DNA of 64,000 bases from Ilumatobacteraceae bacterium (GTDB lineage: Bacteria > Actinomycetota > Acidimicrobiia > Acidimicrobiales > Ilumatobacteraceae): assembly GCA_044355095.1 (NCBI GenBank), contig JBIKYT010000002.1, positions 11,971 to 75,970 on the forward strand. The letters run 5' to 3'. A program made the translations under genes and the position numbers. The notes beneath the pieces were generated by a model. That model was not told where the DNA came from, searched no databases, and saw only the letters and a program-made list of their open reading frames with translations. This document shows, one piece after another, positions 27,583 to 36,807 of the stretch (position 1 is the stretch's first letter; each line of letters opens with the position of its first letter).

Positions 27583-28912
27583 CACATTTTCACAAGAAGT
27601 ATCCGTGAGCGGTCGAACTGTCGGAATACTCGGTCAACCTTGGCGCGCCACAGTGACGACTGCAGGTGATGTTTATCCGTGGGATGAGGTCGAAGCAATT
27701 CGCTGGTATGTCGCGGCCGATGATCGCTGGCATATTCCATCTGACGAAGTGGCAGTTCGGCAGAGGTCTATCGAAGGCGCTCCAGTTTTAGAAACTCGGT
27801 TACGCATCCCGGGTGGAGATGTCATCCTACGAATCTGGGTTGCGTCAGGCCGTCAAGGTAGTTCGGCATTGATGATGGAATTCGAAAATGATTCTCCGAT
27901 GGCAATCGCGATTGCCATTGATCGGCAGAATCTCTTGGTCTCGCGGCCAGTAGCAGTTCGGTCGGCGTCGGGAGAATGGCCCGCTCCAGGTCTTGACATT
28001 TCTCGTGAGCCGACGGTCATTCCTGTCGGTCACCGCACCTCAGTGCGGGCAGCACTCGTCACCGCTGGAAACGCGACGGGGCTACAGGTTGCTGACTTTG
28101 CCGACTGGTCGGCGGTGGTCCGTGGTTGGGTCGCGTTGAGCGAGCAAGCATCAAATTTTAAGATCGCCGATCTTCGTGACGGTTTGCGTGTCGACGAATT
28201 GATCGTTGCCGAACGTACTGAAATTGCTTTGAATCCAACCGAGCGCAGTGATGAGCCTCAAGAGGCAGTCCGTTGGTTGCAGGAACAGCGTGAACTGAAG
28301 CGCATGAGATTGAATGAAGAATCCAATGAGAGCGATTTAGTTGAATTGGCTGGAGCAATTGAAGTGATCTCTCGGGCCGTTAAGCGCGACCGGTTGTCAA
28401 CTGCTCTCGCGCTGAAAGGTATGAATTCGGCACGGTATTTGTTGGGTACTGGGCAAGAACGAGCAGTGGAAGACTTGCGCAAGCTGGTCGCCAAAATGGT
28501 CGGAACAAAGAAGGCCACCTTGATGAGCATGCTGTCCCACGACGTGGCTGACTCTTCGTCTGATTCTGTAGAACCCATGGTCGTGAGCGAACTGGAAAGT
28601 GAGTTTGCGGTCATGACCGATGACGATTGCATCACTTTGCTGCCGAACGGCATGAAGCCGGAGCGGCTTGGAGTCCAATTCGAAGCTCATGGTCTTGCCC
28701 TCGGAGCTGAGTTTCGCGTGTCATTCGCAGTTCGTTGGCATGGGCCGAACGCTGCGGTGATTTGGGAAATTGAAGGTCCACGGGAAATCACGTTGCGATC
28801 GGGCGTTGACCTTTCGTGGGTGTCTTCTCACCTTACGGGTGAGGCTCTCTGGCGAGTAGACAATGTCCCAGAAACTGCATTGGCAACATCAGACGGTGTG
28901 TCGTTCTCGTAG
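27575..28912 (+). CDS. Hypothetical cytoplasmic protein (~445 aa); start uncertain
   Basis: Long ORF with no TM segment, no signal peptide and no motif I recognise. TTG 27575 is preceded by GGAGAAG. GTG 27605 is an alternative start. The track start at 27425 lies inside gpsA. Confidence 0.55.
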   Translation: MADTFSQEVSVSGRTVGILGQPWRATVTTAGDVYPWDEVEAIRWYVAADDRWHIPSDEVAVRQRSIEGAPVLETRLRIPGGDVILRIWVASGRQGSSALMMEFENDSPMAIAIAIDRQNLLVSRPVAVRSASGEWPAPGLDISREPTVIPVGHRTSVRAALVTAGNATGLQVADFADWSAVVRGWVALSEQASNFKIADLRDGLRVDELIVAERTEIALNPTERSDEPQEAVRWLQEQRELKRMRLNEESNESDLVELAGAIEVISRAVKRDRLSTALALKGMNSARYLLGTGQERAVEDLRKLVAKMVGTKKATLMSMLSHDVADSSSDSVEPMVVSELESEFAVMTDDDCITLLPNGMKPERLGVQFEAHGLALGAEFRVSFAVRWHGPNAAVIWEIEGPREITLRSGVDLSWVSSHLTGEALWRVDNVPETALATSDGVSFS

Positions 28913-28928
28913 TGAGTTTCGGACCACT

Positions 28929-29777
28929 ATGTGCGATGTATTAGTTGCGCTTCCACCAGCAACGGGCGGTGCCACGTTATTTGCTAAGAACTCTGATCGC
29001 CCTCCGCACGAACGACAAATTCTTGAGTGGATTGAAGCGCGATCGGAGAAGTCAACTCGTGCAACCTATGTTGAAATCAAGGGCCACGAAACTCTGACTC
29101 AACGTTGCATTATCTCGCGACCTGAATGGGGTTGGGGTGCCGAGCATGGCGTGAACGAAGCTGGAGTTGCGATCGGTAACGCCACGATTTACACGACGCT
29201 TGATCCGCGAAGATTTCCTGATGCGCTCACGGGAATGGACATAGTGCGGTTAGGGCTCGAACGGGCGACGAGCGCTCGACGGGCCATGGAAATCATCATC
29301 GAACTCATCACGACGTATGGCCAAGGTGGTTCGGGTCATGCGCCGTCAGCGAGTCCTCGTTCTTATTGGAATAGCTTTTTGGTCGCTGATGGATCATCGG
29401 GTTGGGCGATTGAAACAAGTGGACGTGATTATGCAGTTCAAGAAATCGTCGACACGTGGGCAATCTCAAATCGCACCACAATTCCTGAATTTGATGGTCG
29501 GCGACATCCTCGCCAGCCGGTTAAAAGGTTGGTTGATCCTCGGCTCAATGCCTCGCGCGACGTACTTGAACGCCGACCAGTAACGACAGAGTTATTGAAA
29601 TCTCACCTAGCTTCACACGGTCAATCAAACGAGGGATGGAATGTGTGCATGCATGTTGAAGGCATTGAGAAGACCACTGCGTCAATGATTGCAGAATTAA
29701 GAATTCAGGGCGGTCCAGGCGTTTGGGTAACCCAAGAGAGTCCTTGTCAGTCTCAGTATGAGTTACTGACCTTTTAA
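28929..29777 (+). CDS. Secernin-like / peptidase C69-type Ntn (Cys) hydrolase, short form
   Basis: It starts MCD, so the nucleophile Cys would be exposed after Met removal. The blocks FAKNSDRPP, ISRPEWGWGAEHGVNEAGVAIGN and GMDIVRLGLERATSARRAMEIIIELITTYGQGG align with human secernin-1 blocks as I remember them. Confidence 0.7.
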   Translation: MCDVLVALPPATGGATLFAKNSDRPPHERQILEWIEARSEKSTRATYVEIKGHETLTQRCIISRPEWGWGAEHGVNEAGVAIGNATIYTTLDPRRFPDALTGMDIVRLGLERATSARRAMEIIIELITTYGQGGSGHAPSASPRSYWNSFLVADGSSGWAIETSGRDYAVQEIVDTWAISNRTTIPEFDGRRHPRQPVKRLVDPRLNASRDVLERRPVTTELLKSHLASHGQSNEGWNVCMHVEGIEKTTASMIAELRIQGGPGVWVTQESPCQSQYELLTF

Positions 29778-29784
29778 ACAGTGG

Positions 29785-30342
29785 TTATTGACGAGTTGAT
29801 TGAACAGTTGCGATGAGCGCCTGAAGGCGTTCCTTCACCAACGCTTCAATGGCTGGGTCTGTGGTTGAGCCGTCAGATGCAATGCGTGCGGCACCTTTGG
29901 CGATCTGACCATTGGGATCGGTGATCACTGTGTTGCCGAGTAGACCCAAAATTCCGCTGAGTTGTTCAATCATGTGTGCACCTCCAGTTCCTCCTGAAGA
30001 GCTAATCAAACTGACCGCCTTTCCCGAGAGCACATGTTGACCCATCGGTCGGCTAGCCCAATCAATGGCATTCTTCAGAACAGCGGTAGGTCCGAAGTTG
30101 TATTCAGGGGCGGCGATAAACAACGCGTCTGCTTGACGAACTAGTTCGCGCCATTGCTGCACCACTGCCGGAGTTCGCGATGGATCCTCGAGATCTTCGT
30201 TGTAAAACGGGAGTGACCCGATGTCGCTATGAACGGTAAATGTGACATCTGTCGGCGCGAGTTCTTGTGCCAACTTCACGAGTCCACGATTTGATGATTC
30301 TTGACGCATGCTTCCGAATATTCCGAGGATCTGAATTGACAT
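29785..30342 (-). CDS. NADPH-dependent FMN reductase family flavoprotein
   Basis: GIFGSMRQESSNRG and the following PEYN block are typical of the flavodoxin-like FMN reductase family. 185 aa. Confidence 0.8.
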   Translation of the reverse strand: MSIQILGIFGSMRQESSNRGLVKLAQELAPTDVTFTVHSDIGSLPFYNEDLEDPSRTPAVVQQWRELVRQADALFIAAPEYNFGPTAVLKNAIDWASRPMGQHVLSGKAVSLISSSGGTGGAHMIEQLSGILGLLGNTVITDPNGQIAKGAARIASDGSTTDPAIEALVKERLQALIATVQSTRQ

Positions 30343-30351
30343 GTCTCAATT

Positions 30352-31482
30352 ATGACCCTGAAGTGGTGCGTGAGAGCGACCGAGATCGGGCAAGATAGAG
30401 AGGTGCAAGCACCTATTCGCGTGGCCTACACATTTGAACAGTGCTGGCATCGTGTACCTGGTGGGACGGCGTCCTCGGCGATTCGGGCTGCGGTGGCACT
30501 CGGAGATATTCCAGGGGTTGAATTAGTTGGGGTCGCCGGCACTCATCGTCAATCGCCCGAACCTTCGTTTATGCCGCCGATACCGATCCATGCTTTGCCT
30601 TTTCGACGTCCATTGCTTTATGAAACATGGTTGCGGTTTGGGTGGCCCCAAGTTGAACGGGCGACAGGTCCAGTAGACGTCTTGCACTGCACCGGACTTA
30701 TTCCTGCTCCTTCAAAGGCTCCGCTCGTCGCAACATTGCATGACGTTGCTTGGCGTCATCGACCCGATCACTTCACGCGTCACGGAGTGCGAATTTTCGA
30801 ACGCAGTTTGGTTGAAATACGTCGTCGCGCCGAAATTGTCTTATGCCCATCAACCGTCACCATGCTTGATGCCGAGAGAGCAGGCATTAACACCGAACGT
30901 CTGCGACTGATTCCGTGGGGAGTTGAATCAAAGCCAGTGACCCCTGCTGATGTTGAAGCAGTGCGGGCGAAGTATTCATTGCCGCAGGAGTTTCTACTTT
31001 TTGTCGGAACAGTTGAACCACGTAAGAACCTGCGACGTCTTGTCGACGCAATGGCGGTTTCGAATTGTGCGCTTCCATTAGTTGTGGCGGGCTCGCAGGG
31101 TTGGGGAGATACTGGGGTGAGCGCGACAAGTTCGGTGCACTTCATCGGGTTTGTGGCAGATTCTGAATTGCCAGCCTTGTATTCAAGTGCGGCGGCTTTT
31201 TGCTATCCGAGCGAACGCGAGGGATTCGGCATGCCCGTACTGGAGGCCATGTCATACGGAACTCCGGTCGTCACGAGCCTCGGAACATCAACTGAAGAAG
31301 TTGCAGGTGGTGCTGCGGTCTTGGTTGATCCGTTTGACGTGGAAGATATCGCTCGAGGAATTGACGAGGTACTTTCTCGTCGCCAGGAGTTGTCGATTTG
31401 GGGTTTACGTCAAGCCGCACGACGTCAGTGGTCAGAAACGGCCCGACTCACTGTGGCTGCTTATCGCGAGGTCATCGGTTGA
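30352..31482 (+). CDS. GT4 (GT-B) glycosyltransferase; start uncertain
   Basis: RVAYTFEQCWHRVPGGTA N-terminus and E-X7-E motif EGFGMPVLE. Only 9 bp separate the track start from the divergent FMN reductase start, so GTG 30403 or 30421 are alternative starts. Confidence 0.8.
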   Translation: MTLKWCVRATEIGQDREVQAPIRVAYTFEQCWHRVPGGTASSAIRAAVALGDIPGVELVGVAGTHRQSPEPSFMPPIPIHALPFRRPLLYETWLRFGWPQVERATGPVDVLHCTGLIPAPSKAPLVATLHDVAWRHRPDHFTRHGVRIFERSLVEIRRRAEIVLCPSTVTMLDAERAGINTERLRLIPWGVESKPVTPADVEAVRAKYSLPQEFLLFVGTVEPRKNLRRLVDAMAVSNCALPLVVAGSQGWGDTGVSATSSVHFIGFVADSELPALYSSAAAFCYPSEREGFGMPVLEAMSYGTPVVTSLGTSTEEVAGGAAVLVDPFDVEDIARGIDEVLSRRQELSIWGLRQAARRQWSETARLTVAAYREVIG

Positions 31483-32594
31483 GTGCTCCGGCTAAACCAC
31501 AAGTCACCGCCAATTTGATGTGGTGCGTCCCTGGGGCGGTCGGTGGCAGCGAAGACTATTTAGTGCGCCAACTCCTGGGAATTTCATCAAACGACTTTGA
31601 TATCACGGTTTGCGCGCCTCAAGGATTCACTGCGGCCCATCCCGATGTCGCCGAGCGACATCGCATTATCGAAACTAATCACGATGGGCGGTCTCGTCCG
31701 CGGCGAGTGTTTTCTGAGTCAACATGGCTCTTCGAACGTTCTCGTGGCTCAGCCCTCGTGCATCATGGTGGCGGAACAATTCCACTTCGTCATCGACAAC
31801 CGACGGTCTTAACAATTCATGACTTGCAGTACCGAGAGTTTCCACAGTACGTGCGACCTCACAAACTTGCCTATTTGAAAACGGTGATGCCACGTTCGGC
31901 GCGGCGCGCCGACATCATTGCAGTTCCAACTCAATTTGTGAAACAAACTGTTGTTGATGCTTATGCGATTGACCCCAATCGCATCACTGTTGTGCAACAC
32001 GGAATTGAGAGTTCGCTCGGAACTGATGCGACGAGCGAAGCAGCTTTGCGCGCAAAGTATTTACTTGGCGATCGGCCCGTAGTCATACTTCCGGCGATGA
32101 CACACCCGCATAAGGGGCATTTGTTCTTGCTCGATGTCATGGAAAAGTATTGGAATGCGCAGGGGATACAACTCGTTCTGATCGGAGCAGCGGGACTCGC
32201 CGAAGATGCGGTGAATCAACGAATTAGTACGGCTGGTTTGAAAAGTTGTGTGAAGAAATTGGGACGAGTCAGCAAAGCCGATCGAGATGGACTCATCAAA
32301 ATGGCCATGGCATTAGTTTTCCCGAGTGAATACGAGGGTTTTGGCGCTCCAATTATTGAAGCAATGGCGCTCGGAACCCCAGTCATTTCAAGTGATCTCG
32401 CGTGCTTGCCTGAAGTGGTCGGTGACGCTGGGCTGGTGTTGCCCTTACTTGTTGAAGCCTGGGCCGATGCAGTTGAGCAGGTTCAGTTTTCGCGGGGTCA
32501 TTATCTTGAATTGGCGACTCGAAGATTAGAAAATTTCACTGCTGAAGCATCGGGAAGAGCACTTGCCGATGCATATCGAATGGCTCTGCGATGA
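31479..32594 (+). CDS. GT4 (GT-B) glycosyltransferase
   Basis: NLMWCVPGAVGGSEDY N-terminus and EGFGAPIIE (E-X7-E). TTG 31479 overlaps the upstream stop (GTTGA). ATG 31518 is an alternative start. Confidence 0.8.
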   Translation: MSAPAKPQVTANLMWCVPGAVGGSEDYLVRQLLGISSNDFDITVCAPQGFTAAHPDVAERHRIIETNHDGRSRPRRVFSESTWLFERSRGSALVHHGGGTIPLRHRQPTVLTIHDLQYREFPQYVRPHKLAYLKTVMPRSARRADIIAVPTQFVKQTVVDAYAIDPNRITVVQHGIESSLGTDATSEAALRAKYLLGDRPVVILPAMTHPHKGHLFLLDVMEKYWNAQGIQLVLIGAAGLAEDAVNQRISTAGLKSCVKKLGRVSKADRDGLIKMAMALVFPSEYEGFGAPIIEAMALGTPVISSDLACLPEVVGDAGLVLPLLVEAWADAVEQVQFSRGHYLELATRRLENFTAEASGRALADAYRMALR

Positions 32595-33889
32595 GTGCTC
32601 CCTTGAAATTGCTGGTTCTATGTCCGCACTTCGAACCTGACACGGCACCAACTGGTGTCGTGATGACCAGAATCGTTCACGAGCTTGCTGAGCTAGGTCA
32701 CGAAATTCATGTTGTGACTGCTCTTCCTTGGTATCGCGAACACAAGGTTGAAAGTGAATGGGTGCAGACAACATGGAAGACTCGAACTTCGGTAACGGCG
32801 TGGGGGTCGGTGACCCGTTTAAACCCATTTGCTGGTGACGACAAAAAGAATTTGTGGCGCAGAGCGCTTGGTTTTGTTGGGTTTTCTGTAATTTCAGTGG
32901 TTGCTGGTCTGAGGGCAGCGCGCGCTAGTGGAGATAAGAGGCGAGTCGATGCAGTGATTGCAATGTCGCCGCCACTCACTCTTGGTTTGAGCGGTTGGTT
33001 GATCGCTCAGGGACGACGGGCTCCCTTGATATTCAATGTTCAAGATGTCTTCCCAGATGCAGCAATTGAAACCGGTGCTATTAAGAACTCGACGGTGATT
33101 ACTATCGCTCGTTGGCTTGAGAAGATTTCGTATCGTGCCGCGCGGGTTGTGACTGTCTTGTCTGACGATTTGCGGGAGAACATCACTGCAAAATTGCCGG
33201 TCGCGCATTCAGAAAAAGTCGTAGTGATTCCAAACTTTGTTGATACCGAAGCGATTCAACCGTTAGGGCGAATGACGCAGTACCGACAAGACCTAGGAAT
33301 CGACGATCGTCCTGTGGTGATGTACGCCGGCAACGTTGGCTTCTCGCAGTCGTTGAATCTGCTCATTGATGCAGCCCGTGAATTTCCTGGGGTTGCCTTT
33401 GTGGTGAACGGTTCAGGAGCAGCGCGGGCCTCGTTAGAACTTGAAGCCAAAGAAGTGGGAAATGTCATCTTTGGCGACTACCAACCGAGTGAGCGTCTAG
33501 CCGAAGTTCTGGCCACCGCAGATATTCATGTGGTCCTCCTGAAGAAGGGCCTAGGGAAGGTCAGCGTTCCGTCTAAGACGTATTCAATTATGGCCTCAGG
33601 TCGAGCGGTCGTGGCCGCGATCGACCCTGGAACCGAGGTGGTACGGCTGATTGAGGGTGCACAGAGCGGTGTTGCGGTTGCCCCCGATGACCCCGCTGCC
33701 CTCATCGGGGCGTTGCGAACGATGTTGGACGACCCCAGTCAAATTCGCCAAATGGGGGAGCGGGCTCGGGAATTCGTTGAACACGTGGCCTCCCCAGCAG
33801 CAGTCGCACAGCGCTATGTCGAAGTGCTCCATGGTCTACGTGACGGTCTACGTGACGGTCTACGTGACGGTCCACGTGACGAACATTGA
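32591..33889 (+). CDS. GT4 glycosyltransferase, WcaI-like, with a C-terminal (GLRD)n tail
   Basis: ATGA overlap with the upstream gene. LLVLCPHFEPDTAPTG N-terminus, typical of WcaI-like GT4 enzymes. It ends GLRDGLRDGLRDGPRDEH. Confidence 0.75.
   Translation: MSAPLKLLVLCPHFEPDTAPTGVVMTRIVHELAELGHEIHVVTALPWYREHKVESEWVQTTWKTRTSVTAWGSVTRLNPFAGDDKKNLWRRALGFVGFSVISVVAGLRAARASGDKRRVDAVIAMSPPLTLGLSGWLIAQGRRAPLIFNVQDVFPDAAIETGAIKNSTVITIARWLEKISYRAARVVTVLSDDLRENITAKLPVAHSEKVVVIPNFVDTEAIQPLGRMTQYRQDLGIDDRPVVMYAGNVGFSQSLNLLIDAAREFPGVAFVVNGSGAARASLELEAKEVGNVIFGDYQPSERLAEVLATADIHVVLLKKGLGKVSVPSKTYSIMASGRAVVAAIDPGTEVVRLIEGAQSGVAVAPDDPAALIGALRTMLDDPSQIRQMGERAREFVEHVASPAAVAQRYVEVLHGLRDGLRDGLRDGPRDEH
33833..33880 (+). 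repeat. 12-bp tandem repeat, 4 units (GGTCTACGTGAC x3 and GGTCCACGTGAC x1)
   Basis: Read directly from the sequence. It is in-frame and encodes GLRD x3 plus GPRD at the end of the GT4 gene. Confidence 0.95.
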
Positions 33890-33960
33890 TCGGGGCTTTA
33901 CGACCCAATCGGGGAATGTGCTCGGCATTTGGCAGTTTGTGCAGGTAGCCTTTCTCCCTC

Positions 33961-34851
33961 GTGGGTAAGGCATCGTCAGCCAAAAAAGTCGCTCGGCTCG
34001 CTCAAAAGGGCAAAGGGCGCAAAGTTCGTTTTCAAGGTGGAACTCTGTTCCCCGCTTTGATCGTGGGTATCGCCGTTGTCGGCGCTGCTCTCATCGTGTA
34101 TTCGCGGGCCTCAATTCCTGATCAAAACGTTCCTCCAACCGTCGAAGATCACTGGCACGCCTCGTATGGCTTCTACGCCTGTGATCAATGGTTGCCCGAT
34201 CTTCAAGGGAACAAAGAAGAGTTGAGCACCGCTGGTGGCTTACTCAATGAGGGTTTCCGTCGCACCGGAATTCACAGTCACGACGACGGAGTCATTCACT
34301 GGCACCCGTACTCGTCTGCTGCGACGGGTCGCAATGCCAAGCTCGGTGTCTTCCTTGACGTGTACGGAATCAAGATCAGTGACACGAAAATCGAGTTCCC
34401 CGCCGATCAAGGCGGAGCGGTGTACGAAGAGGGCGTTACGAAGTGCACCGATGCCGATGGCAAATCGGTTGACGGCGAAGTTGTGGTGTATGCGTTTGAG
34501 GCCTTTGATTCGCCAGACGACTACACGACTTACATCACCAATTTTGATGACATTCGTTTGAAGCAAGACGGTATGGCGTTCTCCGTTATGTTTGCCCCTG
34601 CTGGCACCAAGGCTGAATTGCCACCTTCTGCTGCTGACTTGCCCGCCTTGGGCGCTGTCGATGGTGGAACTACTGGTCAAACCACAACAACTGTTGCTGG
34701 AGCGAGCGCTGTTCCTGGCGAGTCGACGACGACTGTCGCTGGTGAGTCAGCAACGACAGTTGCCGGAGCGACCACTGTTCCAGCGACAACTACTGCACCA
34801 AGTGCGACAACGTCAGCCGCACCGGCTGGTCCAACAACGACTGCTGGCTGA
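33961..34851 (+). CDS. Membrane-anchored exported protein with His clusters and a T/A/P-rich tail, unknown function
   Basis: Lys-rich N-terminus, one TM segment, then DHWHASYG and IHSHDDGVIHWHP motifs. The C-terminal ~60 aa contain TTTVAG-type repeats. GTG start. Confidence 0.6.
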   Translation: MGKASSAKKVARLAQKGKGRKVRFQGGTLFPALIVGIAVVGAALIVYSRASIPDQNVPPTVEDHWHASYGFYACDQWLPDLQGNKEELSTAGGLLNEGFRRTGIHSHDDGVIHWHPYSSAATGRNAKLGVFLDVYGIKISDTKIEFPADQGGAVYEEGVTKCTDADGKSVDGEVVVYAFEAFDSPDDYTTYITNFDDIRLKQDGMAFSVMFAPAGTKAELPPSAADLPALGAVDGGTTGQTTTTVAGASAVPGESTTTVAGESATTVAGATTVPATTTAPSATTSAAPAGPTTTAG

Positions 34852-35855
34852 TGCGCGCGGTGGTTCTCGTCGGCGGGTTTGGTACCCGACTGCGACCACT
34901 TACGTTCACAACGCCTAAGCCAATGTTGCCCGTTGGGCATCGTCCAATTGTTGAAAACTTGGTTCGTATGCTGGCGGCGGCTGGCATCGATGAAGTAGTC
35001 CTTGGTCTTGGCTTCAAGCCCGAACCGTTTATTGAAGCCTTCCCCGACGGAACTTGTGCCGGCGTGCGGTTGCACTATGCCGTCGAGCCCGAACCGCTTG
35101 ATACGGCAGGGGCAATTCGCTTCGCGGCCGACCATGCCGGCATCGATGACACATTCGTTGTTGTGAACGGTGATGTACTGACCGATCTTGATGTCAGCTC
35201 GCTGATTGCATTTCATCGATCCAAGAATGCCGAAGCAACGATTCACCTGACCCCAGTGGAAGATCCGTCTGCTTACGGTGTTGTCGCTATGGATGCCAAT
35301 GGTCGGGTTGAACGGTTTGTTGAAAAGCCCGCATCCGGAACTGCTCCAAGCAATCTGATTAATGCTGGGACCTACGTGCTTGAACCTTCGGTCTTGCAGC
35401 GCATCGAACTTGGACGCAAAGTGTCGATTGAACGCGAAATTTTCCCGTTGATTGTTGAAGATGGCCGATTGTTCGCGATGGCTACCGATGATTACTGGAT
35501 TGATACGGGCCGACCAGAGCCCTACCGTCGAGCGAACCTTGACATGATTGACGGAGTCCGTCGTCAGATGTCTGCGCCAGGCATAGAAAATGGAGCCAAG
35601 GTGCATGCCACGGCTTTGATTGAGCACAGCCTGGTGTCATCTGGAGCAGTCATTGCGCCAGGAGCCAGCATTCATGACTCAGTGATTCTTGCGACCGCGG
35701 TTATTCACGAGGGCGCACTGGTGCGTGATTCAATCGTGATGGGAACCGTGGGTGAGCGAGCAACGATCACCGACACAGTGGTGGGCGTAACCGGAGTGGT
35801 CGCCGATGGTGCCACACTTGAGCATGCGTTTGTGCCCGACCCCTCAGCGGTTTAG
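34851..35855 (+). CDS. manC: Mannose-1-phosphate guanylyltransferase-like NDP-sugar pyrophosphorylase
   Basis: The start shares 1 nt with the upstream stop (TGATG). GGFGTRLRPLT nucleotidyltransferase signature and a C-terminal left-handed-helix-like region. 334 aa. Confidence 0.8.
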   Translation: MRAVVLVGGFGTRLRPLTFTTPKPMLPVGHRPIVENLVRMLAAAGIDEVVLGLGFKPEPFIEAFPDGTCAGVRLHYAVEPEPLDTAGAIRFAADHAGIDDTFVVVNGDVLTDLDVSSLIAFHRSKNAEATIHLTPVEDPSAYGVVAMDANGRVERFVEKPASGTAPSNLINAGTYVLEPSVLQRIELGRKVSIEREIFPLIVEDGRLFAMATDDYWIDTGRPEPYRRANLDMIDGVRRQMSAPGIENGAKVHATALIEHSLVSSGAVIAPGASIHDSVILATAVIHEGALVRDSIVMGTVGERATITDTVVGVTGVVADGATLEHAFVPDPSAV

Positions 35856-35864
35856 GTTGATTCA

Positions 35865-36806
35865 ATGAATCAGCGCAGTGTTGCCAAGCGACCTGACGCA
35901 GTCATGGTTGTGGGCGGTGCCGGATTTTTAGGCTCGCATATTGTCGACCGCTTGCTTGCAGAGAATTCTCGCGTTGATGTCGTCGACGATTTGTCGAGTG
36001 GTTCGTTGTCAAATCTCGCGGCTGCACGTTCGTCGTCGACTGAAGGTGCCCTGCGGATAGATACCCTCGATGTCACGATTCCAGAATTTGTTGATGTTGT
36101 TCGTCTACGACGACCCGAGGTCATGTATGTGACGTCGTTGCTCACTCCAACGCTGCGTGATTCTGCAGGGTGCACGAAAAGTTACGCGATGGCAGTCGCA
36201 GTATTCGAGGCCGCGGTTCAGGCCAAGGTGGGCAAAGTGGTCGTTACCTTGCCGGCCACAGTTTTATACGGAGATGTGCCAACACGTGAGTTGCCGATTA
36301 AAGAAGATCGTGAACGTCGCCCTGTTGGTTTGTCTGGGGTAACCGCCAACGCAATTATTGAACTTTGTGAGTCGTATCGCCGCGACCAAGGTATTGAATT
36401 TACGGTCTTGGCACTTCCGACCGTGTACGGACCTCGTCAACCGATGAATAACAATGTGGTCTCGGCATTTATGGCGGCTCGCGCGTCCTTGAACGAACCA
36501 ACGATTTTTGGTGATGGAAAACAAACTCGAGATTTTCTCTTTGTTGACGACGCAGCTGATGCCGCATCTCGAGCGTGTGCCAAAGGTGGGGGATTGGTTT
36601 TACATATCGGAACTGGTCAACAGACCAGCATTAAAGATCTATGGCAACTGATTGGCCAAGGTCTAACGGCGACTACAGCAGTAAAGCCTGCGCATAGTTT
36701 GCAACGATTTGCTCTCTCGGCATCACGAGCTCGACTGCATCTCGGATGGTCATCGTGGACAACTCTTGCCGATGGTCTTGATCGAATGAGCCCCGAAAAG
36801 AATTGA
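35865..36806 (+). CDS. Extended-SDR (NAD-dependent epimerase/dehydratase fold) protein lacking the canonical YxxxK dyad
   Basis: VVGGAGFLGSH Rossmann motif and VYGPRQ / GDGKQTRDFLFVDD blocks are conserved. Where SPYxxSK is expected the sequence reads GLSGVTAN. No Y-x3-K occurs anywhere in the ORF. Confidence 0.7.
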   Translation: MNQRSVAKRPDAVMVVGGAGFLGSHIVDRLLAENSRVDVVDDLSSGSLSNLAAARSSSTEGALRIDTLDVTIPEFVDVVRLRRPEVMYVTSLLTPTLRDSAGCTKSYAMAVAVFEAAVQAKVGKVVVTLPATVLYGDVPTRELPIKEDRERRPVGLSGVTANAIIELCESYRRDQGIEFTVLALPTVYGPRQPMNNNVVSAFMAARASLNEPTIFGDGKQTRDFLFVDDAADAASRACAKGGGLVLHIGTGQQTSIKDLWQLIGQGLTATTAVKPAHSLQRFALSASRARLHLGWSSWTTLADGLDRMSPEKN

Positions 36807-36807
36807 G

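Noticed and set aside
34677-35627. A 316-aa ORF antisense to manC, which is unusually long for a mid-GC genome.
   Set aside because: The sense strand encodes a protein with clear nucleotidyltransferase motifs and operon coupling. The antisense product has no motifs, and its C-terminus merely mirrors the T/A/P-rich repeat of the upstream gene. I treat it as a shadow ORF.
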